DNA of 64,000 bases from Arcobacteraceae bacterium (GTDB taxonomy: Bacteria; Campylobacterota; Campylobacteria; Campylobacterales; Arcobacteraceae). The translations under genes and the position numbers were made by a program. Positions 29,784 through 40,188 of this stretch are shown here, one piece after another. Positions within the stretch are counted from its first letter, which is position 1. Each line of letters begins with the position of its first letter. The notes beneath the pieces are model-generated. The model did no database searches, had not been told where the DNA came from, and saw only the letters and a list, made by a program, of their open reading frames with translations. The stretch lies in NCBI GenBank assembly GCA_963662945.1, contig OY759974.1, positions 640,001-704,000 of the forward strand. Direction: 5' to 3'.

Positions 29784-30871
29784 ACTAAGCCTTTTTCTTT
29801 CGCTTTATTTTCATACTCCTCAATTTGCTCAATAGTTTTTTCAAATATATTCTTATTAGTTTTATAAAAATCATAATACCACTCACTGGTAAATCTAATA
29901 GTGTCTTTATACTCTAAATTAGCTTGCCATTTTAAATAAAACAATGCCTTATCGCAATTTAATTTCAAAAGACCTGCTTCATGGAAAGGAATATTACCAG
30001 TCACTTTATATGCATCTTGTACATTTGTAAAATTCCAGTATTTACTTAAGTCTATTAATAACTCTTCAACTGTATGATTCTGTTCAGCTCGTGGACCAAA
30101 ATTAAATGCTTCTCCATCTAAAGTATCATCTTCATATAAAACTTGTCCAAGATTAAGATAACCACTTAGAGGTTCTAATACATGTTGCCAAGGTCTCGTA
30201 GCTTTTGGCGCTCTTATCTCTACTATTTGCCCTTCACTCCATGCTTCCATACAATCAACAACAATTCTATCTGTAGCCCAATCTCCACCACCAATAACAT
30301 TTCCAGCACGTCCAATTGCTAATTTTACATTACAATTATCATTTTTAAAAAATGAATGGTAATAAGACTTTATAATAAGTTCTGCGGCCCCTTTACTTCC
30401 ACTATATATATCTTTTCCACCCATTTTATCATCTTCTTTATAACCCCATACTTGTTCAATATTATCATAAGCTTTATCACTAGTGATAATAATAGCAGTA
30501 CATTGATGATTTGAAACTTTTAAAGCCTCAAGAATATTTGCTGTTCCCATTACATTTGATGAAATTGTTTCAATAGGTTCACTATATGATGTTGAAACTA
30601 TTGGCTGTGCAGCTAAATGAAATAAAATTTCTGGTTTTTCAATTGAAATTATCTCTATCATTTTAGATAAATCTCTAATATCTTCCTGATAATGAACAAT
30701 TTGTTCTTCTAATTTCAACTCTTCAAACATTGAAGGTTGTGTTGGTATATCTTTTGAAATCCCTACAACTTTTGCACCTAATCTTAGTAACCATGAAGTT
30801 AACCAACTTCCTTTAAAGCCAGTATGTCCTGTAACTAAAACTTTTTTATCTTGATAAATATTATTAAACAT
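29771..30871 (-). CDS. rfbG: CDP-glucose 4,6-dehydratase
   Basis: TGHTGFKGSWL, HLAAQP, RAGNVIGGGDW, RPWQHVLEPL; start at ATG 30871. Confidence 0.95.
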   Translation of the reverse strand: MFNNIYQDKKVLVTGHTGFKGSWLTSWLLRLGAKVVGISKDIPTQPSMFEELKLEEQIVHYQEDIRDLSKMIEIISIEKPEILFHLAAQPIVSTSYSEPIETISSNVMGTANILEALKVSNHQCTAIIITSDKAYDNIEQVWGYKEDDKMGGKDIYSGSKGAAELIIKSYYHSFFKNDNCNVKLAIGRAGNVIGGGDWATDRIVVDCMEAWSEGQIVEIRAPKATRPWQHVLEPLSGYLNLGQVLYEDDTLDGEAFNFGPRAEQNHTVEELLIDLSKYWNFTNVQDAYKVTGNIPFHEAGLLKLNCDKALFYLKWQANLEYKDTIRFTSEWYYDFYKTNKNIFEKTIEQIEEYENKAKEKGLVWTK

Positions 30872-31644
30872 TACCAAACCTTCCATGGTGCTTTGTTTGT
30901 TTCCCACATTTTTTGAAGTTGTTGCTTATCTCGTAACGTATCCATTGGTTTCCAAAATCCCTCATGTTTAAAGGTAAATATTTCATTCTCTTTTGCTAAA
31001 TTTTGTAATGGAGCCTGTTCAAATACTGTTAAGTCACCTTCAGTGATATAATCAAATACTTTAGGTTCGCATACAAAAAAACCTGCATTTATCCAACTTC
31101 CATCACCTTTTGGTTTTTCTTGAAATTCAATAACTTTATTATTTTGATCTACATGTAATGCCCCAAATCTTCCATCAGGTTGTGCAGATGTCATCGTTAC
31201 AGCTTTTCCATGAGATTTATGAAATTTTATTAATTCATCTATATTTATATCTGCAACACCATCACCATAAGTAAGCATAAAAGGTTCATTACCTATAAAG
31301 TTTTGTGCTCTTTTAATCCTTCCACCTGTCATACTATTTAGTCCAGTATCTAAAAGTGTCACTTTCCAAGGTTCACTTGAATTGTTATGAACTTTCATTG
31401 AACCATCTAACATATCAATTGTTACATCACTTTGATGTAAAAAATAATTTGCAAAATACTCTTTTATGTAATAACCTTTATAACCTAATAAAATAACAAA
31501 TTCATTAAAACCATATTTTGAATATAGCTTCATAATATGCCATAAAATAGGCTTACCACCAATTTCGACCATTGGTTTAGGTCTTATATCTGTTTCTTCA
31601 CTTAATCTTGTTCCAAATCCACCTGCTAAAAGTAATACTTTCAT
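30871..31644 (-). CDS. rfbF: Glucose-1-phosphate cytidylyltransferase
   Basis: LAGGFGTRLSEET..PKPM, MTGGR, TYGDG, MDTLRD. Confidence 0.95.
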   Translation of the reverse strand: MKVLLLAGGFGTRLSEETDIRPKPMVEIGGKPILWHIMKLYSKYGFNEFVILLGYKGYYIKEYFANYFLHQSDVTIDMLDGSMKVHNNSSEPWKVTLLDTGLNSMTGGRIKRAQNFIGNEPFMLTYGDGVADINIDELIKFHKSHGKAVTMTSAQPDGRFGALHVDQNNKVIEFQEKPKGDGSWINAGFFVCEPKVFDYITEGDLTVFEQAPLQNLAKENEIFTFKHEGFWKPMDTLRDKQQLQKMWETNKAPWKVW

Positions 31645-31647
31645 ATT

Positions 31648-33174
31648 TTACCTATCTTTTCCAATCTCAAATACTTTCATTATATTTTGCTCTGTTGGTT
31701 CTATAAAATAGTTTTGTTTATACCATAAAGCAATTTCATTAATTTTTTTTATATTATTTACTCTAAATTTTAAAAGCTTATTATAGACTAAAGTTACATC
31801 ATCTTTGCTAAAAGCAATATCCCAAATTTCACCTTTACCATAATTTGAGAATGGATTCGCTGTTAAATTAGTTTCACTTGCAACTATAATAGCAGATAAA
31901 CCACAAGCTACTGCTTCTATTAACGTACCAGATGCACTACTAATTACTAAATTGGAATATTTAAATAAATCGTAAATATTTTCATTCATAATATTAATAT
32001 TTTGAGATATATTCAAATTTTTAATATCAACTGCTGGATGATTTTTAAATATAATATTATTCTTATTATTTACACTTTCTAACATGTACTGTGTCTCATT
32101 TAAAAAGTATGAACCTAAAATTAAAGTTTTTAAATTGTCTTGATTATGAATATTATGATTAGAGTACTTAAAAAGCTCTTTATATCGTAAAGAAACTCCT
32201 TCAAGGTATTTGACTTTTTTTCTATCTAATAAATATTTTTTACCATTTACAAAAACATTATGATATGATGTTTTTTGTTCAAAATCTAAATCATCAACAA
32301 AACTATTAAAGTATGTATCATAATTTAAAAAAAACTGACAACCATTAAGTTCTATCTTATTATTAAAAGTTCTAATACCATAATTAAAACTTCTTTCTAT
32401 ACCTTGAAATTCACTCCAAGAATAAATTTTCTTAATTTTTTTTGATGCAATGTTTTTACCAAATAAATATCTAGTAAATGATTCTAATCCAATATTATCA
32501 AAATTTTTTATTAATTCATTATTAAACAAGTAATCTTCTTCTAAACTTACTTTTTGTAATAACCTTAAAGTTTTAAAAGGATATTTTAATATCATCATAA
32601 ACAATATTAATAAATCTTTTATCGATAATAATTCAAACTCAAATATATAATCTTTATTATCTGATTGCAGTACCTTTAATAATTTAATTAATTTAAATGG
32701 ATTCTTTGAAATACCATATAATCTAGGTATATATACATATTTGATATTATATTTTTCTAAAATTAAATATAGTTCAAGGAAATAATAATCATCTTTATAT
32801 TCATTTCTTGTAAGGATTTTATCAATAAAAAAAGGGATATCTATTCCTATATAATTAGCATATTCTTTAGACTCGTTTCCTTGACTATTTTTGAATTTAA
32901 AAATACAATAAGAAAATACATATGTAAAATAATAATAAAATTGTTTAAAATAAAATTTAAATATATAAATAAAAAATATTTTAATATTATTCTCTTTTGT
33001 AAAATCTTTTAAAAAAAATTTTAATGGAAAGTAATGATTAAAAGGATTTTTGACTATAGTTGTATTAATAACACTATATATATCTACAGGCATAGAACTT
33101 TTAATTCTATTAATATAATTAAAATACATCTCTTTTCGTTTATTATAAGCATCTTTAATTTTTACAGAATTCAT
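31648..33174 (-). CDS. Hypothetical GT-B-like protein (candidate glycosyltransferase)
   Basis: 508-aa AT-rich ORF; C-terminal FKNHP and SASGTLIEAVACG. Confidence 0.55.
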   Translation of the reverse strand: MNSVKIKDAYNKRKEMYFNYINRIKSSMPVDIYSVINTTIVKNPFNHYFPLKFFLKDFTKENNIKIFFIYIFKFYFKQFYYYFTYVFSYCIFKFKNSQGNESKEYANYIGIDIPFFIDKILTRNEYKDDYYFLELYLILEKYNIKYVYIPRLYGISKNPFKLIKLLKVLQSDNKDYIFEFELLSIKDLLILFMMILKYPFKTLRLLQKVSLEEDYLFNNELIKNFDNIGLESFTRYLFGKNIASKKIKKIYSWSEFQGIERSFNYGIRTFNNKIELNGCQFFLNYDTYFNSFVDDLDFEQKTSYHNVFVNGKKYLLDRKKVKYLEGVSLRYKELFKYSNHNIHNQDNLKTLILGSYFLNETQYMLESVNNKNNIIFKNHPAVDIKNLNISQNINIMNENIYDLFKYSNLVISSASGTLIEAVACGLSAIIVASETNLTANPFSNYGKGEIWDIAFSKDDVTLVYNKLLKFRVNNIKKINEIALWYKQNYFIEPTEQNIMKVFEIGKDR

Positions 33175-33791
33175 AAAATCAACTCATTAAAACTAGATAT
33201 ATAGTTGTAATCTATCAATGTTGGATTATTATATCCATAAAAAATAAGATTATTTAAATGAGCTGCTTTATAATCATTAATAGAGTCACCAATCAGTATA
33301 GTTTCATCTATATTATAACGATAATTCTCTAGAATATTTTTGATTAAAATCTCTTTTTTTGTTGGACTTCCATTGATAGATAAAAAATATTGTTCTATCT
33401 CAAAATACTTACATAAATCATTTAATTCATTATTTTCAGCACCTGAGACAATATGAAAATCATATTTTTTATAATTTTTTTTAATAAAAATCAAACTATC
33501 TTCAATTAGATTACTTGTATCATAAAGTTTTTTTTCAATAATTGTTGCAAAGTCGTCTGATAATTGCAAAATATTATCTTCTGAAATAGACACTTCTAAA
33601 ATGCTATTAAAAAAATACCTAATTTTTTCAAATCTTGATACTCCTCCATTTGCATAATGATATTTTTCTAACTTTTTAATATCTTTAGGTTCGTATTTTT
33701 TAAATAATTCTGCAAAACCATCTCCTTTAATTTTCATACTATCTAGTATTACTCCATCAAAGTCCCATAAAATTGTTTTAATCATTTGCAA
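33171..33791 (-). CDS. HAD-family hydrolase
   Basis: WDFDGVILDS, VSG, IGDSIND. Confidence 0.9.
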   Translation of the reverse strand: MQMIKTILWDFDGVILDSMKIKGDGFAELFKKYEPKDIKKLEKYHYANGGVSRFEKIRYFFNSILEVSISEDNILQLSDDFATIIEKKLYDTSNLIEDSLIFIKKNYKKYDFHIVSGAENNELNDLCKYFEIEQYFLSINGSPTKKEILIKNILENYRYNIDETILIGDSINDYKAAHLNNLIFYGYNNPTLIDYNYISSFNELIL

Positions 33792-34440
33792 ATCCCATTA
33801 CAGTACAAGGAAGACCGTCACATTTTGCAATTCTTAATGGTGCGATTATGACTCTATCAAAAATTGTATCTTTATCTATATTCCTTAAGTCCATATCCTC
33901 TAAGAGTAAAATCGGTTTAAGAGGATTTAAAAACCTTTTATGTGCTTCTCTCCCTAGTAATCTGTCTGTCAAACTAGATACTGAGATTGAATCAAATCCA
34001 AGCACTCTAACATTTGGAAAATTTTCTACTAAATAATCATAAATATTAGGATGAAAACCATAATTACTTTTCCAAAACTTTTCTTCATTTCTATTATTAC
34101 AAATATGTGTTTTCACTATAATTAATTCTATATTATCTGATTTAAAATTATTTAGTTTTTTAATTAATTCATCTTTTATAATAATATTCATAGGTTTTAA
34201 TTCAACTATTAAACAATGTTTAAATATCCAAAAATTATCGTCAAAATTTTCTATAGTTTGACCATTTTCATAAAAATGATATGGCATATCTATATGTGTA
34301 CCTATATGCACAGTAGTTTCAATAAAACTATCATTTGCTACATTACCTTTAAGAATACTACTTTTCTTAATTTTATTAAATTGACTTCGATTCCCATAAG
34401 TTGGTGTATTATAATCTAAAATATAAGATAAGAACTGCAT
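33778..34440 (-). CDS. Cyclase/kynurenine-formamidase family metallohydrolase
   Basis: HIGTHIDMPYHF, GFDSIS, DGLP. Confidence 0.85.
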   Translation of the reverse strand: MQFLSYILDYNTPTYGNRSQFNKIKKSSILKGNVANDSFIETTVHIGTHIDMPYHFYENGQTIENFDDNFWIFKHCLIVELKPMNIIIKDELIKKLNNFKSDNIELIIVKTHICNNRNEEKFWKSNYGFHPNIYDYLVENFPNVRVLGFDSISVSSLTDRLLGREAHKRFLNPLKPILLLEDMDLRNIDKDTIFDRVIIAPLRIAKCDGLPCTVMGFAND

Positions 34441-34444
34441 GCTA

Positions 34445-35329
34445 CTATGATTTATCTCTAATTTTGTATATTTCTTGAATACATTCTAATAAACCTTGAC
34501 CCAAGTCAATATAAGGATTTGCTACTAATTTTTTAGCAGTTGTCGGATGAAATGTGTATGGTGTAATTTTATAGTGTCCCATGTTATCATCAGAGATTTT
34601 TCTAATTTCTAATTTATTCCCCATTATTTCATTAATCATCGTAAGAAGTTCTATTCTCTTTAGTTTTTCAATTCCAGTTAAAATTATATGTTCATTTTCA
34701 TATTGTATATCTTCAATAATATCTACAGACAATTTAGCAGCATCTGCAGCATGTATGTATTCTCTTAAATCTTCTCCATCACCTTTATAATTAAGTTCTC
34801 CAGTATTAATTGCACTATTTAGTAAATTATATATATAATTATTGTGACTAGCCCTTTCTCCATAAAGAGAGCCATATCTTATTACAGTATAATTTAATCC
34901 ATATCGCTTATAATATTCTTCAGTAAGTTTTTCCGAACTCTGTTTACTAATACCATAAAAAGAACCTTCACTACTTAATGCATAAGCACTGCTTGCATAA
35001 ATAAATCGTTGAACATTTCCATTTTGCTTACAAGCTTCTAATATATTTAAATTTCCTACGACATTAATATTAAAAGTACCTATAGGATCATGTATAGCAT
35101 CATCAAGATTTGAAATTGCTACAAAATTATAAACAATATCTGCATTTTGAATAATATTTTTAATATTATCTATATCTAAAATATTGACTTTTTCAAACCT
35201 TTGATTTTGTTGTATATAACTTGATTTACAGATATCTGCAACGACAACAATATATCCTCTTCTAGTTAACTCATCAGCAACATAAGAACCTAAAAAACCA
35301 CTTCCACCAAATACTACAACATTTTTCAT
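34445..35329 (-). CDS. NAD-dependent epimerase/dehydratase
   Basis: GGSGFLG, YGISK, RYGSLYG. Confidence 0.9.
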   Translation of the reverse strand: MKNVVVFGGSGFLGSYVADELTRRGYIVVVADICKSSYIQQNQRFEKVNILDIDNIKNIIQNADIVYNFVAISNLDDAIHDPIGTFNINVVGNLNILEACKQNGNVQRFIYASSAYALSSEGSFYGISKQSSEKLTEEYYKRYGLNYTVIRYGSLYGERASHNNYIYNLLNSAINTGELNYKGDGEDLREYIHAADAAKLSVDIIEDIQYENEHIILTGIEKLKRIELLTMINEIMGNKLEIRKISDDNMGHYKITPYTFHPTTAKKLVANPYIDLGQGLLECIQEIYKIRDKS

Positions 35330-36246
35330 CTTTTAAAATACTCCACTAAATGACTTATTGCACTTCTTCCCATAGCTTCTACAGCCTCTTTTGCATTTCC
35401 ACCTATATGAGGTGTACAAATAAGGTTAGGTAAAATCAGTAACTCTTTATCAGTTGGCGGTTCTTCAACATAAGCGTCAATAGCAGCTCCTGCTATTAGT
35501 TGATTTTGAAGAGCATATTTTAAATCACATTCATTTATTATTCCACCTCTAGCACTATTAATTATAAAAGCACTAGATTTCATTATCTTAAATATTTCTT
35601 TACTTACCAAATTATGTGTGCTAGAATCATATGGTGTATGTATTGTAACTATATCACTTTTTTGAAATATCTCTTCTTTACTAGACTCAACTAAAGCATT
35701 TTCTTCATAATATTTTTTCTGTTCAATAATATCATTTACTAAAATTGTACACCCAAATGGTTGGAGCAATCGTATGACTTCTTTTCCTATATGTCCCACT
35801 CCAATAATACCTATAGTTTTACCACTTAATTGAAATCCACCTGATTTGTCCCAAATACCATTTTTAAGTTTATTTGAGGTTAGAAACAAATTTCTACAAA
35901 GCATAAGCATATACCCTAGAGTCATCTCTGCAACTGAAAGTTTATTAACCCCACCAGTCCAACCAATCATTATATCTCGCTTTTTACAAGCTATTAAATC
36001 AATATTGTTAAGTCCTACACCGTATTTTGAAACTATTTTTAGATTTGAACAATTATCTAAAACTTCATTATCTATAGGTTCTAAACCTACTATAATACCA
36101 TCAGCATCTTTTATATAATCTATTAATTCAGTTTTATCAAACCGTTTACCATCTAAATTTAATATTGCATTTGGAAAATATTTATAAATTTCGTGTTGTA
36201 AAATTTTATTAGATGAAAAAGACGGAGAAGTAATAACAATCTTCAT
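35326..36246 (-). CDS. D-2-hydroxyacid (phosphoglycerate-like) dehydrogenase
   Basis: GVGLNNID, GVGHIG, NSARG, EEPP, TPHIGG. Confidence 0.9.
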   Translation of the reverse strand: MKIVITSPSFSSNKILQHEIYKYFPNAILNLDGKRFDKTELIDYIKDADGIIVGLEPIDNEVLDNCSNLKIVSKYGVGLNNIDLIACKKRDIMIGWTGGVNKLSVAEMTLGYMLMLCRNLFLTSNKLKNGIWDKSGGFQLSGKTIGIIGVGHIGKEVIRLLQPFGCTILVNDIIEQKKYYEENALVESSKEEIFQKSDIVTIHTPYDSSTHNLVSKEIFKIMKSSAFIINSARGGIINECDLKYALQNQLIAGAAIDAYVEEPPTDKELLILPNLICTPHIGGNAKEAVEAMGRSAISHLVEYFKR

Positions 36247-36257
36247 AGTTTTTCCTT

Positions 36258-36857
36258 TTAAGTTAATAATTTTTTAAATTTTTCAAAACTTGAAAAAGCA
36301 TTGAGATCGACTAATTCTTGTATTCTTTCCCTATCAAAATTCCACCATTTCAGATTTAATAACCATTCAATCTCTTTTTGTGAATATCGATATCTTAATA
36401 TCTTTGCTGGATTTCCAACAACAATAGCATAAGGTGGAACATCTTTTGTTACAACAGAGCCTGCACCAATAATTGCTCCACTACTAATAGTAACTCCTTT
36501 TAAAATTACTGAATTAGCCCCAATCCATACATCATTACCAATATTTGTTTCGATACTATCTTTATTATAGTTTTTATATCCTTTAACAAAATGGCCAGAA
36601 TGTTCATACAAATAAAAAGAATGTGTTGAAACTTCTGTATTATGTTCCCAAAGCCCTATATAACAGCCATTCGCTATAGATACAAATTTTCCTATATTTG
36701 TTTTATTTACTATACTGTGTTGTGACACATAACTATATTCACCAAGGGAACTTTCTCTAACCTCAGCATAATCTTTTACCCTAGCATAAATTTTTAATAT
36801 TGAATTTGAAACTTTTGCTGTTGGTGAAATATCACAAAATTTCTCAATCGTATTCAT
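36258..36857 (-). CDS. CatB/Vat-like left-handed beta-helix acetyltransferase
   Basis: [37 protein letters not shown]. Confidence 0.9.
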   Translation of the reverse strand: MNTIEKFCDISPTAKVSNSILKIYARVKDYAEVRESSLGEYSYVSQHSIVNKTNIGKFVSIANGCYIGLWEHNTEVSTHSFYLYEHSGHFVKGYKNYNKDSIETNIGNDVWIGANSVILKGVTISSGAIIGAGSVVTKDVPPYAIVVGNPAKILRYRYSQKEIEWLLNLKWWNFDRERIQELVDLNAFSSFEKFKKLLT

Positions 36858-37779
36858 TAAAAATCCAATCTATCATTTTTTTTAAACCAACTTCAAAAGG
36901 AATTAGTTTTTTATCGTATAGAGATAATAATCTATCATTATTAGCATAAATACCAAACTGATCTCCTGGTGTACCTACTGTTATTTCTATCTCTTTTGTA
37001 GATTTTGTATATTCTTTAATCAGTCGTAAAATAGTGCTTACAGTTGTTTTTTTACCAGTACCTACATTGATAATTTGATTATTATATCGATTATTATTCA
37101 TAGAATCTATTGTAATATTCACTATATCATCAATATAAATTAAATCTCTAAATCTGTTAACATCTCCTTTTACAATAACCTTTTCAAACTTATCATCTAA
37201 AAATTGTTTTAAATAGATACTTACCATACCTTGTTTAAGATTTTCAAGATTCTGTCCAGGACCATAAACATTAAAATATCGTAAAGCGACATAATTTATA
37301 TTAAATTGTTGTAAAAAAATATTCATATACTTTTCACTTGCTAACTTGCCAACAGCATAAAACGATTTGGGATTTGTTTCATTTTCTTCATGAAATTGTT
37401 CTTTATTTTCTTGTTCACCATAAACAGACATAGTACTCGCGTAAACAAATTTTTTACAACCCGTTTTAACACAATATTGTAAAAGCTTCAAAGTTGATAA
37501 TGTATTTGTATTTAAATCATATTCAGGGTCTTCAAAACTTATTTCTCCAGAACTTTGTCCTCCAATATGATATATTCCATCAAATTGTATATCTTGAAGT
37601 TGTGCAATAACAACATCGTCACTAAAATCACCTTTGATAAAATGGGCATCTGAAGGTATATTTTCCAGATACCCTGTCATCAAATTATCTATAATATAGA
37701 TTGTATGACCTTCCTCTAAAAGTTTTTTTGCTATAGCACACCCAATAAATCCTGCTCCACCCGTTACTAAATAATTCAT
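36844..37779 (-). CDS. NAD-dependent epimerase/dehydratase
   Basis: [23 protein letters not shown]. Confidence 0.9.
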   Translation of the reverse strand: MNYLVTGGAGFIGCAIAKKLLEEGHTIYIIDNLMTGYLENIPSDAHFIKGDFSDDVVIAQLQDIQFDGIYHIGGQSSGEISFEDPEYDLNTNTLSTLKLLQYCVKTGCKKFVYASTMSVYGEQENKEQFHEENETNPKSFYAVGKLASEKYMNIFLQQFNINYVALRYFNVYGPGQNLENLKQGMVSIYLKQFLDDKFEKVIVKGDVNRFRDLIYIDDIVNITIDSMNNNRYNNQIINVGTGKKTTVSTILRLIKEYTKSTKEIEITVGTPGDQFGIYANNDRLLSLYDKKLIPFEVGLKKMIDWIFNEYD

Positions 37780-38633
37780 TATACTCTTTCAAATATATAA
37801 TTAAATTGTGTAGAAAACTCACTTTTTTCAAACATCTCTGCATGTTTTTTTGATTTTAATTTAAGTCCTCTAGCTTCTAAAAAAGTAATTAATTCTTCTG
37901 TTCTTTTTTCTGTTTCATCAAGTTCTACAAGTAAGCCTTTAATATTACTATCATATAAAGTTTCAGATGCACCATAAATTATCTTATCTTCTATACTATC
38001 TACATCAATTTTTATATAATTTGGAACTTTAAATGCGTATTTTTTAATAATTTCATCTATTGAATATGAAAACATTCCTTGTTTAAATACTACTTCTCGT
38101 GTACATTGACCAGCATGAACACTTTGAATATCATTTACATTAAATTCATTTAAAGCCCCACCAAGATCAGTACTTGTCATATTTAAGTATCCAAACTCAT
38201 TTTTATCAGAAACGGCAATTGGAAATAAAAATACATTATTTTTTAAATTATTAACTTCAATATTTTTTGATATAAAAAAGGTATTTAAAGCTGATGGTTC
38301 AAAAGCAAATACTTCCATGCCCTTTTTACCTGCGTATATAGAATAAAGTCCTACATTTGCTCCTATATCCCATAAAATATCCTCGGAAGTCATATTATCA
38401 ATCCATTCAATTGTTTCAGGTTCTTTTATAAATAACGTTTGTGAACGCCATAGAGGTAACCATCCTAAACAATAATATTTTATTGTACCATACACCGTTT
38501 TTATTTCATCTATTATAATAAGCTTTTCTGCACTCTCCACAGAAAATCTTTTCCCTATATATCCTGGTATTAATTTAGGAATATATGTATATAAAACTTT
38601 AATTCCTTCAAATATATTTCTTTTTATAGACAT
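37779..38633 (-). CDS. FkbM-family methyltransferase
   Basis: KEPET, WDIGANVG, AFEP, IKIDVD. Confidence 0.9.
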   Translation of the reverse strand: MSIKRNIFEGIKVLYTYIPKLIPGYIGKRFSVESAEKLIIIDEIKTVYGTIKYYCLGWLPLWRSQTLFIKEPETIEWIDNMTSEDILWDIGANVGLYSIYAGKKGMEVFAFEPSALNTFFISKNIEVNNLKNNVFLFPIAVSDKNEFGYLNMTSTDLGGALNEFNVNDIQSVHAGQCTREVVFKQGMFSYSIDEIIKKYAFKVPNYIKIDVDSIEDKIIYGASETLYDSNIKGLLVELDETEKRTEELITFLEARGLKLKSKKHAEMFEKSEFSTQFNYIFERV

Positions 38634-39424
38634 TTATATCCTTTATTGTATAATAAATCTACCTTCATCATTTCACAAACCTTATCTAAATCTTCTTGTG
38701 TATCTACTGCTTTAGTTACAAAACTAGTAGGCACCATCTTAACCTTCATGCCATTTTCTATAATTCTCATCATATCAACAGATTCAATTATCTCTAAAGG
38801 TGTTGGTTCCATCTCATTATATTCAAGTAAAAAATCTCTTGTAAACGGTATCACACATACTTGTTTTTTCATTGGCACATCAAGTACACCTTTTTTTCTA
38901 CTTGGAATTGGTTCTCGACTAAAATAAATTGCATTGTTAAATTTGTCCATTACTACTTTAACTTCATTTGGATTTTCAAATGATTCTATTGAATCTAAAT
39001 CAGCTACAAGATTTGTAATAATAACCTCTTTATCTTCAAGCATTGGTTGTACTGCTTCATCTATCATTTCTGGGAAAGTCAATGGTTCATCACCTTGAAC
39101 CATAACCATAATATCACATTTATTACCGGTATCACTTTCAATTTTCAACATCGCTTCTGCACATCTATCACTACATCTTTCATGGCAATCACTCGTCATG
39201 ACAGCTTTTCCACCTATTGACTCTATATAATCAAAAATCTCTTTATCACAAGTTGCAACATAAACTTCACTAAGAGTTTTACTCATTTTCACTCGTTTAT
39301 ATACATGTCCTATCATTGGAGTTCCTAATATATCTTTCATAGGTTTACCAGGAAATCTACTTGAACCCATCCTTGCTGGAATTATCGATATAATATTGTA
39401 CTCATTCTTGCGTGATTTCATCAT
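38624..39424 (-). CDS. KdsB-family 3-deoxy-ulosonate cytidylyltransferase
   Basis: IPARMGSSRFPGKP, VQGDEP, YFSR, LEIIES. Confidence 0.9.
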   Translation of the reverse strand: MMKSRKNEYNIISIIPARMGSSRFPGKPMKDILGTPMIGHVYKRVKMSKTLSEVYVATCDKEIFDYIESIGGKAVMTSDCHERCSDRCAEAMLKIESDTGNKCDIMVMVQGDEPLTFPEMIDEAVQPMLEDKEVIITNLVADLDSIESFENPNEVKVVMDKFNNAIYFSREPIPSRKKGVLDVPMKKQVCVIPFTRDFLLEYNEMEPTPLEIIESVDMMRIIENGMKVKMVPTSFVTKAVDTQEDLDKVCEMMKVDLLYNKGYKCL

Positions 39425-40188
39425 TGTTTTAAATCCTCTTTTATTTTATTCATTCCACTCATAGCAGCATCTCTCATAAAAAAATAATCTATACCATATG
39501 CTAAAAAAGTACATCCTTGCTCTATTTTCATTTGTAACTTTTCAGGATTTGTATCTACTACATGAAATCCTGATGGCATATCATATTCTTTACATTTATC
39601 TAAAACTGTTTGAACAGCATCTTTTACATCATCTCTTTCAAATTCTCCAGGATATCCCATAGAACCTGACAAATCGTATGGTCCAATTATAGTTCCATCT
39701 ATACCATCAACTTGTAATATTTCATCAATATTATTAACTGCTTCAATATGCTCTATTTGTGCAATAATAACAAGCTCTTCATTAACCCATTTTTTATATT
39801 CTTCAAATTTAGTTCCATATCCAGAAGCTCTATAAAGACCAACTCCTCTTTTACCTTCTGGTGGATATTTTGCATAATTTACTGCTTGTATTGCATCCTC
39901 TTTTGAACATACCATTGGCACTATAATACCATCTGCACCCATATCAAGGATTCTTTTGATAATAACCTCTTCATTTTTACTTACTCTAACTAATGCTCTC
40001 ATACTATTTGATTGAATTGTAGTGATTAAGATTTGCGTAGTTTCTAAATCTATAGAGGTATGTTCTATATCAATAACAAGCCATTCAAAGCCAGCAAGTG
40101 CCATAACCTCTACACTCATAGAGTTTCCCATCATTATCCAACTACCTATAGTTAATTGATTATTTTTAAGCTTATTTTTTAGTGACAC
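39421..40188 (-). CDS. HpcH/HpaI/GarL-family class II pyruvate aldolase
   Basis: IDIEH, VRV, YPPEGKRG, QIEH, GPYDLS; GTG at 40188 follows GAGGA. Confidence 0.9.
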   Translation of the reverse strand: MSLKNKLKNNQLTIGSWIMMGNSMSVEVMALAGFEWLVIDIEHTSIDLETTQILITTIQSNSMRALVRVSKNEEVIIKRILDMGADGIIVPMVCSKEDAIQAVNYAKYPPEGKRGVGLYRASGYGTKFEEYKKWVNEELVIIAQIEHIEAVNNIDEILQVDGIDGTIIGPYDLSGSMGYPGEFERDDVKDAVQTVLDKCKEYDMPSGFHVVDTNPEKLQMKIEQGCTFLAYGIDYFFMRDAAMSGMNKIKEDLKQ

